A DNA stretch of 64,000 nt. It comes from Candidatus Muproteobacteria bacterium. GTDB lineage: Bacteria > Pseudomonadota > Gammaproteobacteria > Acidiferrobacterales > SPGG2. Both the position numbers and the translations under genes were made by a program. Below the pieces are notes generated by a model. That model ran no database searches. It had not been told where the DNA came from and was given only the letters and a program-made list of their open reading frames with translations. The DNA lies in assembly GCA_003251795.1 (NCBI GenBank), contig QKEI01000273.1:11152-75151 (forward strand), given 5' to 3'. The number at the start of each line of letters is the position of its first letter. Positions within the stretch are counted from its first letter, which is position 1. Shown in pieces: positions 22,229-33,078 of this stretch.

Positions 22229-23446
22229 ATGGCCGCATTTGAGTATCAGGCACTCGATCTGCGCGGACACACGGTCAAGGGCGTAATCGAGGGCGACGCC
22301 GAACGCCAGGTGCGTTCGTTGTTACGCGACAAGGGCCTGATGCCCCTGCAAGTCGATGCTATTGGGACAGAAACTGCCGTGTCGCGCGAGGGCGGTGTGC
22401 GTTTGCGCCGCGGCATGTCCAGCAGTGAACTGGCGCTGCTGACGCGCCAGTTCGCCACCCTAATACATGCGGGACTGACGATCGAAGAGTGTCTGAACAC
22501 CTTGATCGAACAGACGGAATCGGCCCGCACGCGCAAAGTGCTAGCAGCGGTACGCGGTAACGTGTTGCAGGGTCGATCGCTAGCCACCAGTCTCGCCGAC
22601 TTTCCGCACGCCTTCCCAGGAATCTATCGGCATATGGTTGATGCTGGCGAACAAAGCGGCCGGCTCGACGAAGTGCTGGAGCGACTCGCCGATTACACCG
22701 AGGATCGCCAGGCGCTGCGCCAGAAGGTATTGTTGGCGTTTATTTACCCCGCCCTGGTTTCGGTCGTCGCCATCATTATCGTCGCTTTTCTGTTGGTCAC
22801 GGTTGTACCGCAGGTCACTCGCGTGTTCGAGAACACGGGGCAGACTCTGCCAGCCGTAACCCGCGCACTCATTGGCACCAGCGAGCTGGCGCGAGCTGGT
22901 GGCATCTGGTGGCTGGTTGGATTGCTGGTGTTGTTCGCGGCCGGGCGTATGTCCCTGCGTAGCCCCAATGTACAGCGCCGTTGGCATAACCTAATGCTGC
23001 GCTTTCCCCTCTTCGGACGTTTGCTGCGCGGCCTCAACGCCGCACGCTTTGCCAATACCCTTGGCATTCTCACGGCCAGCGGCATCCCGCTGCTGCAGGC
23101 CATGCAGTCCGCTGTTATGGTAGTCACCAATCTACCGATGCGTGCCGCCGTAGAGGATGCGTTGCGTCAAGTACGCGAGGGTGGCAGTTTGGCGCGGGCG
23201 CTCGCGCGTGCCAAGCTGTTCCCTCCCTTGGTGATCAATCTCATTGCCAGTGGCGAGGCCAGTGGTAACCTGGATGTTATGCTAACCCGGGCCGCCGAGG
23301 CGCAGACACGCGAGCTCGAAAATTGGGTCAGGGCCTTGACCGCGTTGATCGAGCCGTTGATGATCTTGGTTATGGGCGCCATCGTCGGTTTTATCGTGAT
23401 CGCGATGCTGTTGCCGATCTTTCAAATGAATCAACTATTAAAATGA
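22229..23446 (+). CDS. gspF: Type II secretion inner-membrane platform protein GspF
   Basis: 405 aa, starting [10 protein letters not shown], with the duplicated T2SF domain. Confidence 0.93.
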   Translation: MAAFEYQALDLRGHTVKGVIEGDAERQVRSLLRDKGLMPLQVDAIGTETAVSREGGVRLRRGMSSSELALLTRQFATLIHAGLTIEECLNTLIEQTESARTRKVLAAVRGNVLQGRSLATSLADFPHAFPGIYRHMVDAGEQSGRLDEVLERLADYTEDRQALRQKVLLAFIYPALVSVVAIIIVAFLLVTVVPQVTRVFENTGQTLPAVTRALIGTSELARAGGIWWLVGLLVLFAAGRMSLRSPNVQRRWHNLMLRFPLFGRLLRGLNAARFANTLGILTASGIPLLQAMQSAVMVVTNLPMRAAVEDALRQVREGGSLARALARAKLFPPLVINLIASGEASGNLDVMLTRAAEAQTRELENWVRALTALIEPLMILVMGAIVGFIVIAMLLPIFQMNQLLK

Positions 23447-23916
23447 CACGAATGTTGCTCGATCTCTGTACGCTTGCGATTAAACCCCATGACAAGGGCG
23501 CAAAGGGCTTTACCCTGATAGAGATTCTGGTGGTGGTCGTGATACTAGGCATTCTGGCGGCACTAGTGGTACCACGTATTATGGAACGCCCGGATGAGGC
23601 ACGCGTAATTGCCGCCAAGAGCGACATCCGCGCCATCATAAGCGCACTAAAGCTTTATCGCCTGGATAACGGCGTCTATCCCAGCACTGATCAAGGTCTC
23701 GGGGCACTCGTCGTTAGGCCCGATACTGGCGTTATTCCGCGCAACTGGAAACAGGGCGGCTACTTGGATCGAGTGCCCAAGGATCCATGGGGAGCGCCGT
23801 ATCAATACCTAAACCCAGGTGTCAACGGCGAGATCGACGTTTTCAGCCTGGGTGCCGATGGCGCCCCGGGCGGCGAAGGCATTAACGCCGACATCGGTTC
23901 TTGGGAGCTACAATAA
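23443..23916 (+). CDS. gspG: Major pseudopilin GspG
   Basis: Prepilin motif [24 protein letters not shown] and a C-terminus DPWG.PY.Y...D..SLGADG. The ATG at 23443 overlaps the gspF TGA as ATGA; the alternative ATG is 23452. Confidence 0.9.
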   Translation: MTRMLLDLCTLAIKPHDKGAKGFTLIEILVVVVILGILAALVVPRIMERPDEARVIAAKSDIRAIISALKLYRLDNGVYPSTDQGLGALVVRPDTGVIPRNWKQGGYLDRVPKDPWGAPYQYLNPGVNGEIDVFSLGADGAPGGEGINADIGSWELQ

Positions 23917-23925
23917 GCCGCTACG

Positions 23926-24471
23926 ATGCTACTTCGGCGCGCCGCTACGCGAATTGTCCTGGTCTATCGCATCGGCCGCTGCGCTGGGTTTACCTTGCTC
24001 GAGATCGTTGTCGTCGTATTGTTGCTCTCGATAATGCTGGGACTGGTCGCGGTCAATCTGAGTAGTGACGATAGCGGCGAGTTGCGAGACGAGGCACAAC
24101 GTCTGGCGCTACTACTTAACACTGCACAGCAGGATGCGATACTCGAAGGACAAGTGCTGGCACTGGCGCTCGAGCCGGGAGGCTATCATTTCATGCGTTT
24201 GACCGATGCCGGCACACTGCAACCGATTACACAGGATGAGCTTCTACGGGCACGAGAGCTACCGCCAGACATAAAGATCAGCGCCGTTGAAATCGCAGGC
24301 AAAGCAACCACAGAAACCGACAAGCCGAGCGGCATCGTTCTGCAGCCAAGCGGTGAGCTTGATGAGTTTACGATTACCTTGCAAAAGGGCTCCACGCGCT
24401 GGTACGTAAAAGGCTCATTGGCTGACGGTATTCGATCAACTGAACCGACGGCAGAGCATGTGCGATCATAG
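23926..24471 (+). CDS. gspH: Minor pseudopilin GspH
   Basis: Carries the G/FTLLEIVVVVLLLSIM prepilin motif. Position and size (181 aa) are typical. Confidence 0.8.
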   Translation: MLLRRAATRIVLVYRIGRCAGFTLLEIVVVVLLLSIMLGLVAVNLSSDDSGELRDEAQRLALLLNTAQQDAILEGQVLALALEPGGYHFMRLTDAGTLQPITQDELLRARELPPDIKISAVEIAGKATTETDKPSGIVLQPSGELDEFTITLQKGSTRWYVKGSLADGIRSTEPTAEHVRS

Positions 24472-24841
24472 ACGTAGCGCAGGGTTCATGCTGGTCGAGC
24501 TGCTAGTCGCACTGACCATACTCGCATTGCCCTTAGCGGCCATCACCCGCAGCATGAGCCAAGCTATCGATAATACCGCCGCGTTACGTGATCGTAGTCT
24601 CGCTCTCTGGATCGCCCAGGACCAAATCGCGTTGCACCGCATGCGACACGACTGGCCCGATGTCAAGGTCACCAGCGGCACACGCGAACTTGCTGGCCGC
24701 AACTGGCGTTGGCAGGAACAAGTACTAACCACGCCGGTGGCTCAGTTGCGACGCCTAGAGGTAGAAGTGCGCGATGCGGAACACTCACAGGTGCTTGCCC
24801 ATCTTGTCGCGTTCCTGCGTGACCCCAATAGCAAACCGTAA
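24458..24841 (+). CDS. gspI: Minor pseudopilin GspI
   Basis: G/FMLVELLVALTILAL prepilin motif; 127 aa. Confidence 0.8.
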   Translation: MCDHRRSAGFMLVELLVALTILALPLAAITRSMSQAIDNTAALRDRSLALWIAQDQIALHRMRHDWPDVKVTSGTRELAGRNWRWQEQVLTTPVAQLRRLEVEVRDAEHSQVLAHLVAFLRDPNSKP

Positions 24842-24850
24842 TACCGCCAC

Positions 24851-25456
24851 ATGCGTACGCAACGGGGTCTGACGTTAATCGAATTGGTAATAGCCATAGG
24901 GGTGTTCGCGTTATTTTCTGCTATGGCCTATGGTGCGCTCGATCGCATCATCGCACAGCGTGATCGCCTGGAGAGTGAGCAATTATTTTGGCGTACATTG
25001 TCGCTGGTATTTCTGCGCGTCGAAGAGGATATGACGCAGGCGCGAGCGCGCCGTGTGCGAGACATCGACGGTAATCTTCTTCCATCGTTGCGCGGGCAGC
25101 CTACCGATACTCGTGCCGTGGCAGAACCGACATTGGAATTCACACGCGGCGGTGTTATTGACCTCAACATCGGCGGCAATACTGTTCTTCAGCGTGTAGG
25201 TTACCGTTTACAGGACGATCATTTGGTGCGGCTCACTTGGCCGGTACTCGACCGTGGTCCGCAAAGCAAACCGACCGAGGCAGTACTTCTCAAGGGTGTG
25301 GAGGCTTTTAGCGTGCGCTTTCTCGGACCGAACGACGAGTGGTTAGAGCAGTGGCCGGTCGAAGGCGTTGCCAATGAATTGCCGCGAGGTGTTGAGTTTA
25401 CCTTGCAACTGAAGGGTCGTGGCGAATTCACTCGCTCCTTCGTGGTCAATGATTAG
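24851..25456 (+). CDS. gspJ: Minor pseudopilin GspJ
   Basis: G/LTLIELVIAIGVFALF prepilin motif; 201 aa. Confidence 0.8.
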   Translation: MRTQRGLTLIELVIAIGVFALFSAMAYGALDRIIAQRDRLESEQLFWRTLSLVFLRVEEDMTQARARRVRDIDGNLLPSLRGQPTDTRAVAEPTLEFTRGGVIDLNIGGNTVLQRVGYRLQDDHLVRLTWPVLDRGPQSKPTEAVLLKGVEAFSVRFLGPNDEWLEQWPVEGVANELPRGVEFTLQLKGRGEFTRSFVVND

Positions 25457-26420
25457 GTTTTGCTCCCATCGACAAGAGATGACACCATCGAAGCAGGCGG
25501 GTGTGGCTGTTGTAACCGCCTTGCTGATTGTCGCTATCATCGCGACCGTAGCCAGCTATATGGCCTTGGGCCAACAGGTATGGTTACGGCAGGCGCAAAA
25601 TATCGCCGATCGCGCCCAAGCAGAAGCCGTCATCAACGGCGCATTCGAATGGGCGGCAGTCATTCTCACGCTGGACGCCCAGGATAACCAGACTGATGAC
25701 CTCACGCAGGCGTGGGCTCAGGTATTGCCGCCATTACCAGCGGAGGGCGGTGTGGTTACCGGTCGTATCACCGACGCGCAGGGGCGCTTCAACTTGAACA
25801 ATTTGGTGCGTGAGGGAACTGCGAGCCCCGAAGACGTCTTAGTATTTCAACGTCTGCTGCAGAACCAAGACCTGCCTGTGGACCTGGTCGGTGCGCTCGT
25901 GGATTGGCTCGATGGCGATAGTGTGACGCAGCCGGGTGGCGCCGAAGACGTTGATTATCTGTCTGCCGAAAAGCCCTACCGTGCGGCTAACCAGCCATTG
26001 CAAAGTGTGGAAGAATTGCGCCTCATCAAGGGTTTCAACGCCGAGATTATTAACAAGTTGCGGCCATTCGTGACGGCGTTGCCGCAACCTACCGGGGTAA
26101 ATATCAACACGGCGTCGGCAGAGTTGTTAAGCGCTCTATTTGCTATCTCCACAACACAGGCCCAGCAACTCGTAGACCAACGTAACGATGAACCATTCAA
26201 GGATATTAAGGACCTGAAACAACGACTGCCAGCGGATACACCACTACCAAAAGTACCTTATGACGTACGCAGCGGTTATTTCGAGGTTGACGTGGCCGCC
26301 ATGTTCGGGCGGCTGCAGCAGCGCAGTCAGGCATTGCTGCTTCGCCCTGCCGGTGCACCGATAAGAATACTCTGGCATCAACAACAGCTCGTCGCGAGGC
26401 CAGGCGATGGCGCCAGCTGA
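25449..26420 (+). CDS. gspK: Minor pseudopilin GspK
   Basis: Hydrophobic N-terminus GVAVVTALLIVAIIATV and a helix-hairpin-helix-like LRLIKGF region. The start is either 25449 (8-nt overlap with gspJ) or ATG 25479. The ORF-track start at 25419 is less likely. Confidence 0.75.
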   Translation: MIRFCSHRQEMTPSKQAGVAVVTALLIVAIIATVASYMALGQQVWLRQAQNIADRAQAEAVINGAFEWAAVILTLDAQDNQTDDLTQAWAQVLPPLPAEGGVVTGRITDAQGRFNLNNLVREGTASPEDVLVFQRLLQNQDLPVDLVGALVDWLDGDSVTQPGGAEDVDYLSAEKPYRAANQPLQSVEELRLIKGFNAEIINKLRPFVTALPQPTGVNINTASAELLSALFAISTTQAQQLVDQRNDEPFKDIKDLKQRLPADTPLPKVPYDVRSGYFEVDVAAMFGRLQQRSQALLLRPAGAPIRILWHQQQLVARPGDGAS

Positions 26421-27720
26421 TCAACGCTACCGCTTGTGGCCGGCTGCAGCGATGGGCGTGCGCGTCGCCACTAACGTGCTTGAGCTCTTTCTGCCACATG
26501 GTTGGCCGCAGTCACAGGCATCGATTCATTGGACCGCACGCACCGGCACGGAGATTACCTGTGGAAAGGTAGAGGCTTTGGAAGAGCTACCGGCGCATGT
26601 GCGGCGTCATGTGTTGCTCGTGTGGACACCGCCTGCCGACACGCTGCTTACTCAGGCACGCCTGCCGACGCGCAATCGACGTAAAATCGCCCAAGCCCTA
26701 CCCTACGCGCTGGAGGAGCAACTTCTGGGAGACCCGGCGGATCTGCACTTCGCCTATCAGCGACATAATGAAGACACCTTGGCCGTTGCCGTCACTGCAC
26801 GTGAACGCATGCAAGCCTGGCTGCAGACCCTGCACGACGCCAGGCTGCAACCGACACGGCTTTGCCCGGCCACACTATCACTTCCGCTCGATGTCGACGA
26901 TTGGGCTTTGGCCTTTGTCGATGGCTGGATCTGGCTGCGCACAGCTGCCTACTCGGGAATCGTCTGCCGGACAACCGAGAACGGGCCACCAGCCCTTGTT
27001 GCCGCAGCGCTGGAGGAGGCCCGCAGTACCGCGCAAATGCCGACCCGGTTGACGGTGTTCAATGCTCCCCCTGAATTCGCTCGCGACAAGTGGGCATCCT
27101 CGCTGGAACTCGAAATCGTGCTTTCCGAGCAGTCATTGTGGGAAGCACGACTGAGCGCCGCGCCGCCGCTCGATTTGTTACAGGGAGATTTCGCTCCGGC
27201 CCGGGGCCTGCGCAAGCAGCTGCAGCCGCTCTTGCCAGCGGCAATAATCGCTTCTGTTTGGCTCATAGGCACCTTAGCTTTTACCGTGGGGAACTGGTGG
27301 CAACTGGATCACAAACATCGCTCCTACCAGCAGGCCATGACCGCCCTTTTCAGACAAGCCTTTCCCGATGCCAAGGTCGTGCTCGACCCGGCGCTGCAAA
27401 TGCAACGCAACCTCGCAACATTGCAAGTCCAGACCGGCGGGGCCGGCAGTCGTGACTTGCTACCATTGTTGGCAGGTATCGCGCCCGTGATGCGGGCAAA
27501 TCCACAAGCATCTTTGCGCACGCTGAAGTACGAAGATGCCAAACTGACGCTCGACCTCCGTCTGCCGGATTTTGAGGCGCTAGAAAAAATCAGGAACGCC
27601 ATGAATGGCAACGCCAAGCTTCGAGCCGAGGTCCTTGCTGCCAACAGTCGTGGCTCCGAGGTGGAGGGTCGTCTGCGAATCGAGTCGCGCGACGCTGCCA
27701 CGCGGGAGCAGCGCCAATGA
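26407..27720 (+). CDS. gspL: Type II secretion system protein L
   Basis: 437 aa with a central TM segment, between gspK and gspM. The alternative start is ATG 26452. Confidence 0.7.
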   Translation: MAPADQRYRLWPAAAMGVRVATNVLELFLPHGWPQSQASIHWTARTGTEITCGKVEALEELPAHVRRHVLLVWTPPADTLLTQARLPTRNRRKIAQALPYALEEQLLGDPADLHFAYQRHNEDTLAVAVTARERMQAWLQTLHDARLQPTRLCPATLSLPLDVDDWALAFVDGWIWLRTAAYSGIVCRTTENGPPALVAAALEEARSTAQMPTRLTVFNAPPEFARDKWASSLELEIVLSEQSLWEARLSAAPPLDLLQGDFAPARGLRKQLQPLLPAAIIASVWLIGTLAFTVGNWWQLDHKHRSYQQAMTALFRQAFPDAKVVLDPALQMQRNLATLQVQTGGAGSRDLLPLLAGIAPVMRANPQASLRTLKYEDAKLTLDLRLPDFEALEKIRNAMNGNAKLRAEVLAANSRGSEVEGRLRIESRDAATREQRQ

Positions 27721-28220
27721 GACAGCTTCTCGAACAGCTATACGCCCGCTGGCGCACCCTGCAACCGCGTGAACGGATCGTGCTAGGCAGCGGCGCTACG
27801 TTGGCGCTAGTCATGCTAGGTTATGCACTGTTCTGGGTGCCCTTGCAGCGGGACCTATCGCATCTGCGAACGGCGGTACCTAAAGAACGGGCACAGCTGA
27901 TGCAGATGCGTGCACAGGTGCGGGAAATAGCTGCGTTACGCGCACGAGCGCCCGCTGCGGGCAACAGCAGTAATTTATTGTCGACCCTCGAGCGATCAGC
28001 CCAAGAACACAAGTTACGTCAGTATATTACGCGCATGGAGCCCGATCCCGTGAACGGGGTACGTGTATCACTCGACGCCGTTGGCTTCAGCGCCTTGTTG
28101 CAATGGTTGGCTGACTTGCAGAAACAATCCGGCGTGCGCGCTGACACGGCTACCATCGCGGCACAGGCAGACGCGGGCATGGTAAACGCTCGCTTGGTGT
28201 TGAGAGCAGCGGGAACATGA
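27717..28220 (+). CDS. gspM: Type II secretion system protein M
   Basis: 167 aa with a single N-terminal TM segment. It has 4-nt overlaps with gspL and gspN. Confidence 0.75.
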   Translation: MRQLLEQLYARWRTLQPRERIVLGSGATLALVMLGYALFWVPLQRDLSHLRTAVPKERAQLMQMRAQVREIAALRARAPAAGNSSNLLSTLERSAQEHKLRQYITRMEPDPVNGVRVSLDAVGFSALLQWLADLQKQSGVRADTATIAAQADAGMVNARLVLRAAGT

Positions 28221-29011
28221 AGCGGCGCTGGCTTCGCTATCTTGCTCTCGGGCTGCTGAGCTACGCTGTTTTTCTGGTCGTTCTGCTACCAGCCGGTTGG
28301 CTGAGCTGGGGCGTTGCGCGCCTCAGTGATAACCGAGTCTTTCTCGATGAAGGGCGGGGAACGATCTGGCACGGTAGCGGCCATCTTTTTGTACGCGACG
28401 TAAAGGGTGCTGCTCAGGATCTTGGCCGCGCAGAATGGCGTCTCGATACCCTCCAGTTGTTGCTTCTGCGTGGACAAGTGCGGCTGCAAATGAGTGGTCC
28501 GCAAAGCGATATGTTCGCAACCTTGCGTGTAACCCCCTGGGGCCTTTCGCTCAACGATACCCGTCTTTCTGCATCCGCCGAACTCGCCAGTACCTTCTAT
28601 GCATCGGCAAGTCTGTTTGCGCCTCAGGGACTATTGCGTGTGCGTACGAACCGACTGGCATTTGGTCGCGGTGGACTGCGGGGCGACGCAGAGCTCTATT
28701 GGGATCAAGCTGGTAGCGCTCTCTCGACCGTGCACCCTTTTGGCAATTACCGCCTCAGTGTCTCGGGCAACGGCAAGGAGGCTACCCTAAAACTGGCGAC
28801 GGTGGACGGAGCCCTGGGCCTCAGCGGCCAAGGCCGCTGGCAAATAATGGGTGACGGTCTGCTGCAGCTCACGGGTATCGCTCAGCCGAAGCAACAGGCA
28901 GCCGAGCTGCAGCCGCTGCTAAGGCTTATGGGTCGAGATTTGGGTGGTGGTCGCACGGCTTTCACTCTACGTACCCGAGTGGTCCTCGGGTTGCAATGGC
29001 CCTTGTTGTAG
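28217..29011 (+). CDS. gspN: Type II secretion system protein N
   Basis: 264 aa with an N-terminal TM segment (LALGLLSYAVFLVVLLPAGWL). It is the terminal gene of the cluster. Confidence 0.7.
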   Translation: MKRRWLRYLALGLLSYAVFLVVLLPAGWLSWGVARLSDNRVFLDEGRGTIWHGSGHLFVRDVKGAAQDLGRAEWRLDTLQLLLLRGQVRLQMSGPQSDMFATLRVTPWGLSLNDTRLSASAELASTFYASASLFAPQGLLRVRTNRLAFGRGGLRGDAELYWDQAGSALSTVHPFGNYRLSVSGNGKEATLKLATVDGALGLSGQGRWQIMGDGLLQLTGIAQPKQQAAELQPLLRLMGRDLGGGRTAFTLRTRVVLGLQWPLL

Positions 29012-29030
29012 CTGTGTGAGCCAGAATCTA

Positions 29031-29045
29031 CCTAGAATCATCATT
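29031..29045 (+). repeat. Right copy of the direct repeat flanking the gsp cluster (CCTAGAATCATCATT)
   Basis: Matches 17525-17540. It is preceded by a degenerate half-copy, CCAGAATCTA, at 29021-29030. It lies in the AT-rich gspN/rnhB convergent spacer. Confidence 0.4.
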
Positions 29046-29082
29046 AAAAACTATTTCTAAGTGATTGTAATAATTGTTAATG

Positions 29083-29685
29083 CTAATCCGCTATCAACTG
29101 CCGACGCACCGGTGCAAAGCTGCGCCTGTGGACTGGGCTGACGCCATGCACCTGTAGCGCCTGTAAATGCGCGGGGGTGGCATAACCCTTGTGTTGCGCG
29201 AAACCGTATACCGGAAAATAACCGTCTAACGCACACATTTCCGCGTCCCGCGCCACCTTTGCCAGAATCGAGGCAGCGGCAATTTCGGGAACGCGCGCAT
29301 CCCCGCCGACGATTGTTTGCACGGGGCACGCCAACGCTGGTGCGCAGTTACCATCCACCAGCGCTAGCTCGGCAGGCACAGACAGCCCAGCCACCGCCCG
29401 AGACATAGCAAGCAGTGTCGCCTGTAGTATGTTCAGCCGGTCAATATCAGCCACCGCGGCGCGGCCAATCGCCCAAGCGATCGCCCGTTGTTTGATGACC
29501 TTGGCAAGCTGTTGCCGCATCCGAGCCGTTAGCGTCTTAGAGTCGGCCAATCCTTCGATTTCGCACCGACTATCAAGCACGACGGCCGCTGCAAACACCG
29601 GACCGGCCAGGGGTCCACGCCCCGCCTCATCGACGCCCGCTACCAGGGCCACATCGATCGTCTCAGCCCCGACCCATTTGTGCAT
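29083..29685 (-). CDS. rnhB: Ribonuclease HII
   Basis: 200 aa: [16 protein letters not shown] ... DSK ... metal-binding motifs. It lies downstream of lpxB. Confidence 0.93.
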   Translation of the reverse strand: MHKWVGAETIDVALVAGVDEAGRGPLAGPVFAAAVVLDSRCEIEGLADSKTLTARMRQQLAKVIKQRAIAWAIGRAAVADIDRLNILQATLLAMSRAVAGLSVPAELALVDGNCAPALACPVQTIVGGDARVPEIAAASILAKVARDAEMCALDGYFPVYGFAQHKGYATPAHLQALQVHGVSPVHRRSFAPVRRQLIAD

Positions 29686-30865
29686 GCAACACGTTCAGCA
29701 CCGCTTCTGCTGCTCTTTCGTTGGCGTTTTGGCGCAGTTGCGCACCAATCTTACGCAGCTCCTTAAGTACCAACTCCGATTTCTCCGGATGGTTGAGAAA
29801 ATATTCGACCGCGCTGCCGAGCTTTTCCGGCACCGCATCACCTTGAATCAACTCCGGTACCACCTCGCGACCCAAGAGGTTATTTGGCAACGAAAATAGC
29901 TTCACATGGGCAAACATTCTTACCAACAAGTAGGTAATAAACGAAACCTTGTAAGTGACAACCATAAGTCGTTTTAGCAGAGCGGCCTCAAGCGCTGCGG
30001 TGCCTGAGGCTAAGACAACTACGTCCGCGGCGGCCATAGCGTCACGCGACCGTCCGTCTAACTGTAGCAGGGGAAGCTCGTGGGCGCCGTTGCGCGCCAT
30101 CGCCTCTTCAAACATGGCTCGAATCTCGCTGCTCACCAAAGGCACGACAAAACTCAAATCTGGATTACGCTGGTGCAACCATTGGGCAGTCCGCACAAAT
30201 AGGTCTGCGTGCCGTTTCAGTTCATTTACGCGGCTACCGGGAAGCAGGGCGACAACGACGCCGTCCTTCTTGAGCCCCAGTCTTGCACGTACGAGGCCTT
30301 GATCGACATTTTCCTCGATCTGGTCGGCCAACGGATGACCGACAAAAGTCACCGGCAATTGCTGCTGTTCATAGTAACGCGCCTCGAACGGAAACAGGGC
30401 CAACATGTGATCCACTGCCTTCTTAATCTTATGTATGCGGTAGCTGCGCCAAGCCCAGACGGTCGGGCTAACGTAATGTACTGTCGGTATACCGGCCGCC
30501 CGCAAACGTCTCTCTAAGCCCAAGTTGAAGTCCGGAACATCAATGCCGATAAATAAATCGGGTGGGTCACTGAGAAAATGCTGGATCAAGTCCCGCCGCA
30601 TCCACTGGATCTGCAAGTATTTGCCAATGGCTTCTGCGAAACCAATAATAGACAGCCATTCCATCGGAAACATGCCTCGGCAGCCTTCGGCCTCCATGTG
30701 TTCGCCGCACACGCCTTCGAATTTTACGTCCGGGATTTTTTGCTTGAGCGCATGCATAAGCCCAGCTCCTAGCAAGTCTCCGGACACTTCGCCGGCAACA
30801 ACGCCGATTCTTACCAGCGAGTGTGCCACCAGCGTGTCACCGAATAATGCCGCGCTCGGAAGCAC
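29663..30865 (-). CDS. lpxB: Lipid-A-disaccharide synthase
   Basis: The N-terminus [16 protein letters not shown] is typical of LpxB. A possible alternative GTG start at 30829 would remove the 29-nt overlap with lpxA. Confidence 0.92.
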   Translation of the reverse strand: MLPSAALFGDTLVAHSLVRIGVVAGEVSGDLLGAGLMHALKQKIPDVKFEGVCGEHMEAEGCRGMFPMEWLSIIGFAEAIGKYLQIQWMRRDLIQHFLSDPPDLFIGIDVPDFNLGLERRLRAAGIPTVHYVSPTVWAWRSYRIHKIKKAVDHMLALFPFEARYYEQQQLPVTFVGHPLADQIEENVDQGLVRARLGLKKDGVVVALLPGSRVNELKRHADLFVRTAQWLHQRNPDLSFVVPLVSSEIRAMFEEAMARNGAHELPLLQLDGRSRDAMAAADVVVLASGTAALEAALLKRLMVVTYKVSFITYLLVRMFAHVKLFSLPNNLLGREVVPELIQGDAVPEKLGSAVEYFLNHPEKSELVLKELRKIGAQLRQNANERAAEAVLNVLHAQMGRG

Positions 30866-31601
30866 GGATGAAAGAAACCAGCTGCGTTACCTCCGATTGC
30901 TCGGATGCTTCAAGTTTGGTTAATGCCTCGGCCAACGGGAGACCAGAGCGGTAGATGATCTTATAGGCCTCGCGCAATGCTTCTATGGCCGCAGTGGAAA
31001 ATTGCCTACGCTTGAGGCCGCGAACATTAATGCCGTATGGGATAGCTGTATTTCCAGATGCGAGAATATAAGGTGGGATGTCTTTAAACGTTATAGTTGC
31101 TATGCCCGTCATGCAATGAGCACCCACGCGGCAAAATTGGTGGACCCCGCTAAATCCTCCAAGAAAAGCATAATCGCCTATCGTTACGTGGCCAGCCAGG
31201 CTCGCGCAATTCGCGAATATCGTATGATCGCCCACTACGCAGTCATGGGCGATATGCACGTAGGCCATGAAAAAGTTGTCACTGCCGATGCGCGTAACAC
31301 CATGACCCTCAACCGTGCCCCGATTGATCGTGCAATATTCGCGAATAATATTGCGGTCACCGATTTGCAGGCGCGTCGGAGCCCCACGGTAACCAAGGTG
31401 TTGGGGTGCATCGCCGATAGAACAGAACTGATAAATCTTGTTGTTCTGTCCAATCGTGGTTGGTCCGTTTATCACGACATGTGGGCCAATCCACGTTTGA
31501 TCACTGATTTCAACGTCTGAACCGATAACCGAATACGGCCCGACATGTACTTGCTTTCCTAATTTGGCGCCGGGATCAATGATAGCTTGCGGGTGAATCA
31601 C
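30837..31601 (-). CDS. lpxA: UDP-N-acetylglucosamine acyltransferase
   Basis: 254 aa with hexapeptide repeats, starting [15 protein letters not shown]. Confidence 0.95.
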   Translation of the reverse strand: MIHPQAIIDPGAKLGKQVHVGPYSVIGSDVEISDQTWIGPHVVINGPTTIGQNNKIYQFCSIGDAPQHLGYRGAPTRLQIGDRNIIREYCTINRGTVEGHGVTRIGSDNFFMAYVHIAHDCVVGDHTIFANCASLAGHVTIGDYAFLGGFSGVHQFCRVGAHCMTGIATITFKDIPPYILASGNTAIPYGINVRGLKRRQFSTAAIEALREAYKIIYRSGLPLAEALTKLEASEQSEVTQLVSFIRASERGIIR

Positions 31602-32047
31602 TCAGCGATTTCCCTGTAGGTGCTCATTATTTCCGCGCTGACACAAAGCTCATCACTAATGTGGGCCGTTGTCTCGAACTTCCAAATGTTCTTGACCTTT
31701 CGCGTAACCGAGGCCCTCAGTACTAACTGATCTCCTGGCACCACCGGGTGCCGGAAACGTGCTTTATCCACTCCCACCAGGTAAATTGTACCGCCCGCGT
31801 CAGGTGAAATGCCGAGACTCTTAAATGCCAAAATGCCACATGCTTGTGCCATTGCCTCCACTATCAGTACGCCTGGCATCACTGGGTAATGCGGAAAGTG
31901 GCCCTGGAAGAACGGTTCATTTATCGTGACATTCTTGATGGCCGTTAACGACTCGTCCTTTTTGAATTCGATGACGCGATCGACTAACAAGAAAGGATAT
32001 CGATGCGGCAGATACTTTAGCACCTGCGAAATGTCGAAGTCGCTCAC
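31598..32047 (-). CDS. fabZ: 3-hydroxyacyl-ACP dehydratase FabZ
   Basis: 149 aa: [13 protein letters not shown]...FFQGHFP..PVMPGVL. Confidence 0.96.
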   Translation of the reverse strand: MSDFDISQVLKYLPHRYPFLLVDRVIEFKKDESLTAIKNVTINEPFFQGHFPHYPVMPGVLIVEAMAQACGILAFKSLGISPDAGGTIYLVGVDKARFRHPVVPGDQLVLRASVTRKVKNIWKFETTAHISDELCVSAEIMSTYREIAE

Positions 32048-33078
32048 ACTTTCCTCGCTTCCCGGAGTCGTTGTATTTCCATCTCCAGTTGCTGCAGACG
32101 TTTAGCCAGTTTATCGAGTTGCGATAAACGCGCCGCGTTACGTTTCCATTGTTCTGCCGGTTGCGCCTTTAGACTCGAGGAATGAGCACCGGCTTGTTTA
32201 ATGGAGCTGGTAACAAGCGATCCGGCGGTGATCTGAACGTTGTCGGCGATTTCGAGATTGTCAACGATGCCTGCTTGACCACCAATGGCACAGTTATTGC
32301 CAACATGTGTACTGCCGGCAATCCCCACCTGTGCAGCCATCGCTGTGTGCTTGCCGACATACACGTTGTGCGCGATCTGTGCAAGATTATCGACCTTTGC
32401 CCCATCATCGATAATCGTGTCGTCCAATGCACCACGATCAATCGTGCTATTGGCACCGATCTCAACGTCGTTGCCAACGCGCACCCGTCCCAGTTGCGGT
32501 ATCTTTAGCCACCGGTCAGCATCGCGCACATAGCCGAAACCGTCGCTACCGATTACCACACCCGGGTGTATGATGCAATTTGCGCCGACAGCGCAATCAT
32601 GGCTTATCACCACCTGTGCATGCAACCAGCTATTTTCGCCAACATAAACACGTTCACCCAAGTAGCACCCCGCACCCACAAATACGTTGTCGTCGATTAC
32701 AGCGCCAGCCTCGACGACGCTGTAGGGTCCAATACAGGCACTACTCGCTACCATTGCCCGCGCATCGACAACGGCGGTGGCATGCACTCCTGGTTGCGGC
32801 GGTGATAGCGGATTAAGAAGTGTCGACACCCTCGCAAAACACAGTCGCGGATTGTCCACTATCAAACATGTACGGGAAAAGCGCGCGGCATCTTGCGCTG
32901 CCAATATGACCGCCCCGGCACCCGTCTTTGCTAAAGCCGAGTAATATTTCTTGCTCGCTAGATAGCTGATATCGTGGGCGCCTGCGCTCGCCAGGCTCGC
33001 GACACCGTGTATCTCAAGACTAGGGTTACCGCGAACCTCGCCAGCAAAGCGACTTGCGAGCTCGCCAACTGTAACCAT
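32044..33078 (-). CDS. lpxD: UDP-3-O-acylglucosamine N-acyltransferase
   Basis: 344-aa left-handed beta-helix hexapeptide protein in the lpxD-fabZ-lpxA context. Confidence 0.93.
   Translation of the reverse strand: MVTVGELASRFAGEVRGNPSLEIHGVASLASAGAHDISYLASKKYYSALAKTGAGAVILAAQDAARFSRTCLIVDNPRLCFARVSTLLNPLSPPQPGVHATAVVDARAMVASSACIGPYSVVEAGAVIDDNVFVGAGCYLGERVYVGENSWLHAQVVISHDCAVGANCIIHPGVVIGSDGFGYVRDADRWLKIPQLGRVRVGNDVEIGANSTIDRGALDDTIIDDGAKVDNLAQIAHNVYVGKHTAMAAQVGIAGSTHVGNNCAIGGQAGIVDNLEIADNVQITAGSLVTSSIKQAGAHSSSLKAQPAEQWKRNAARLSQLDKLAKRLQQLEMEIQRLREARKV

Noticed and set aside
17338-29082. Mobile-element hallmarks around the T2SS insertion: integrase, transposase, a tRNA at the junction, long inverted repeats.
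   Set aside because: None is present. Every ORF between the junctions is a gsp gene, and only the short direct repeat (reported separately) was seen. The region is therefore not called a genomic island or mobile element.
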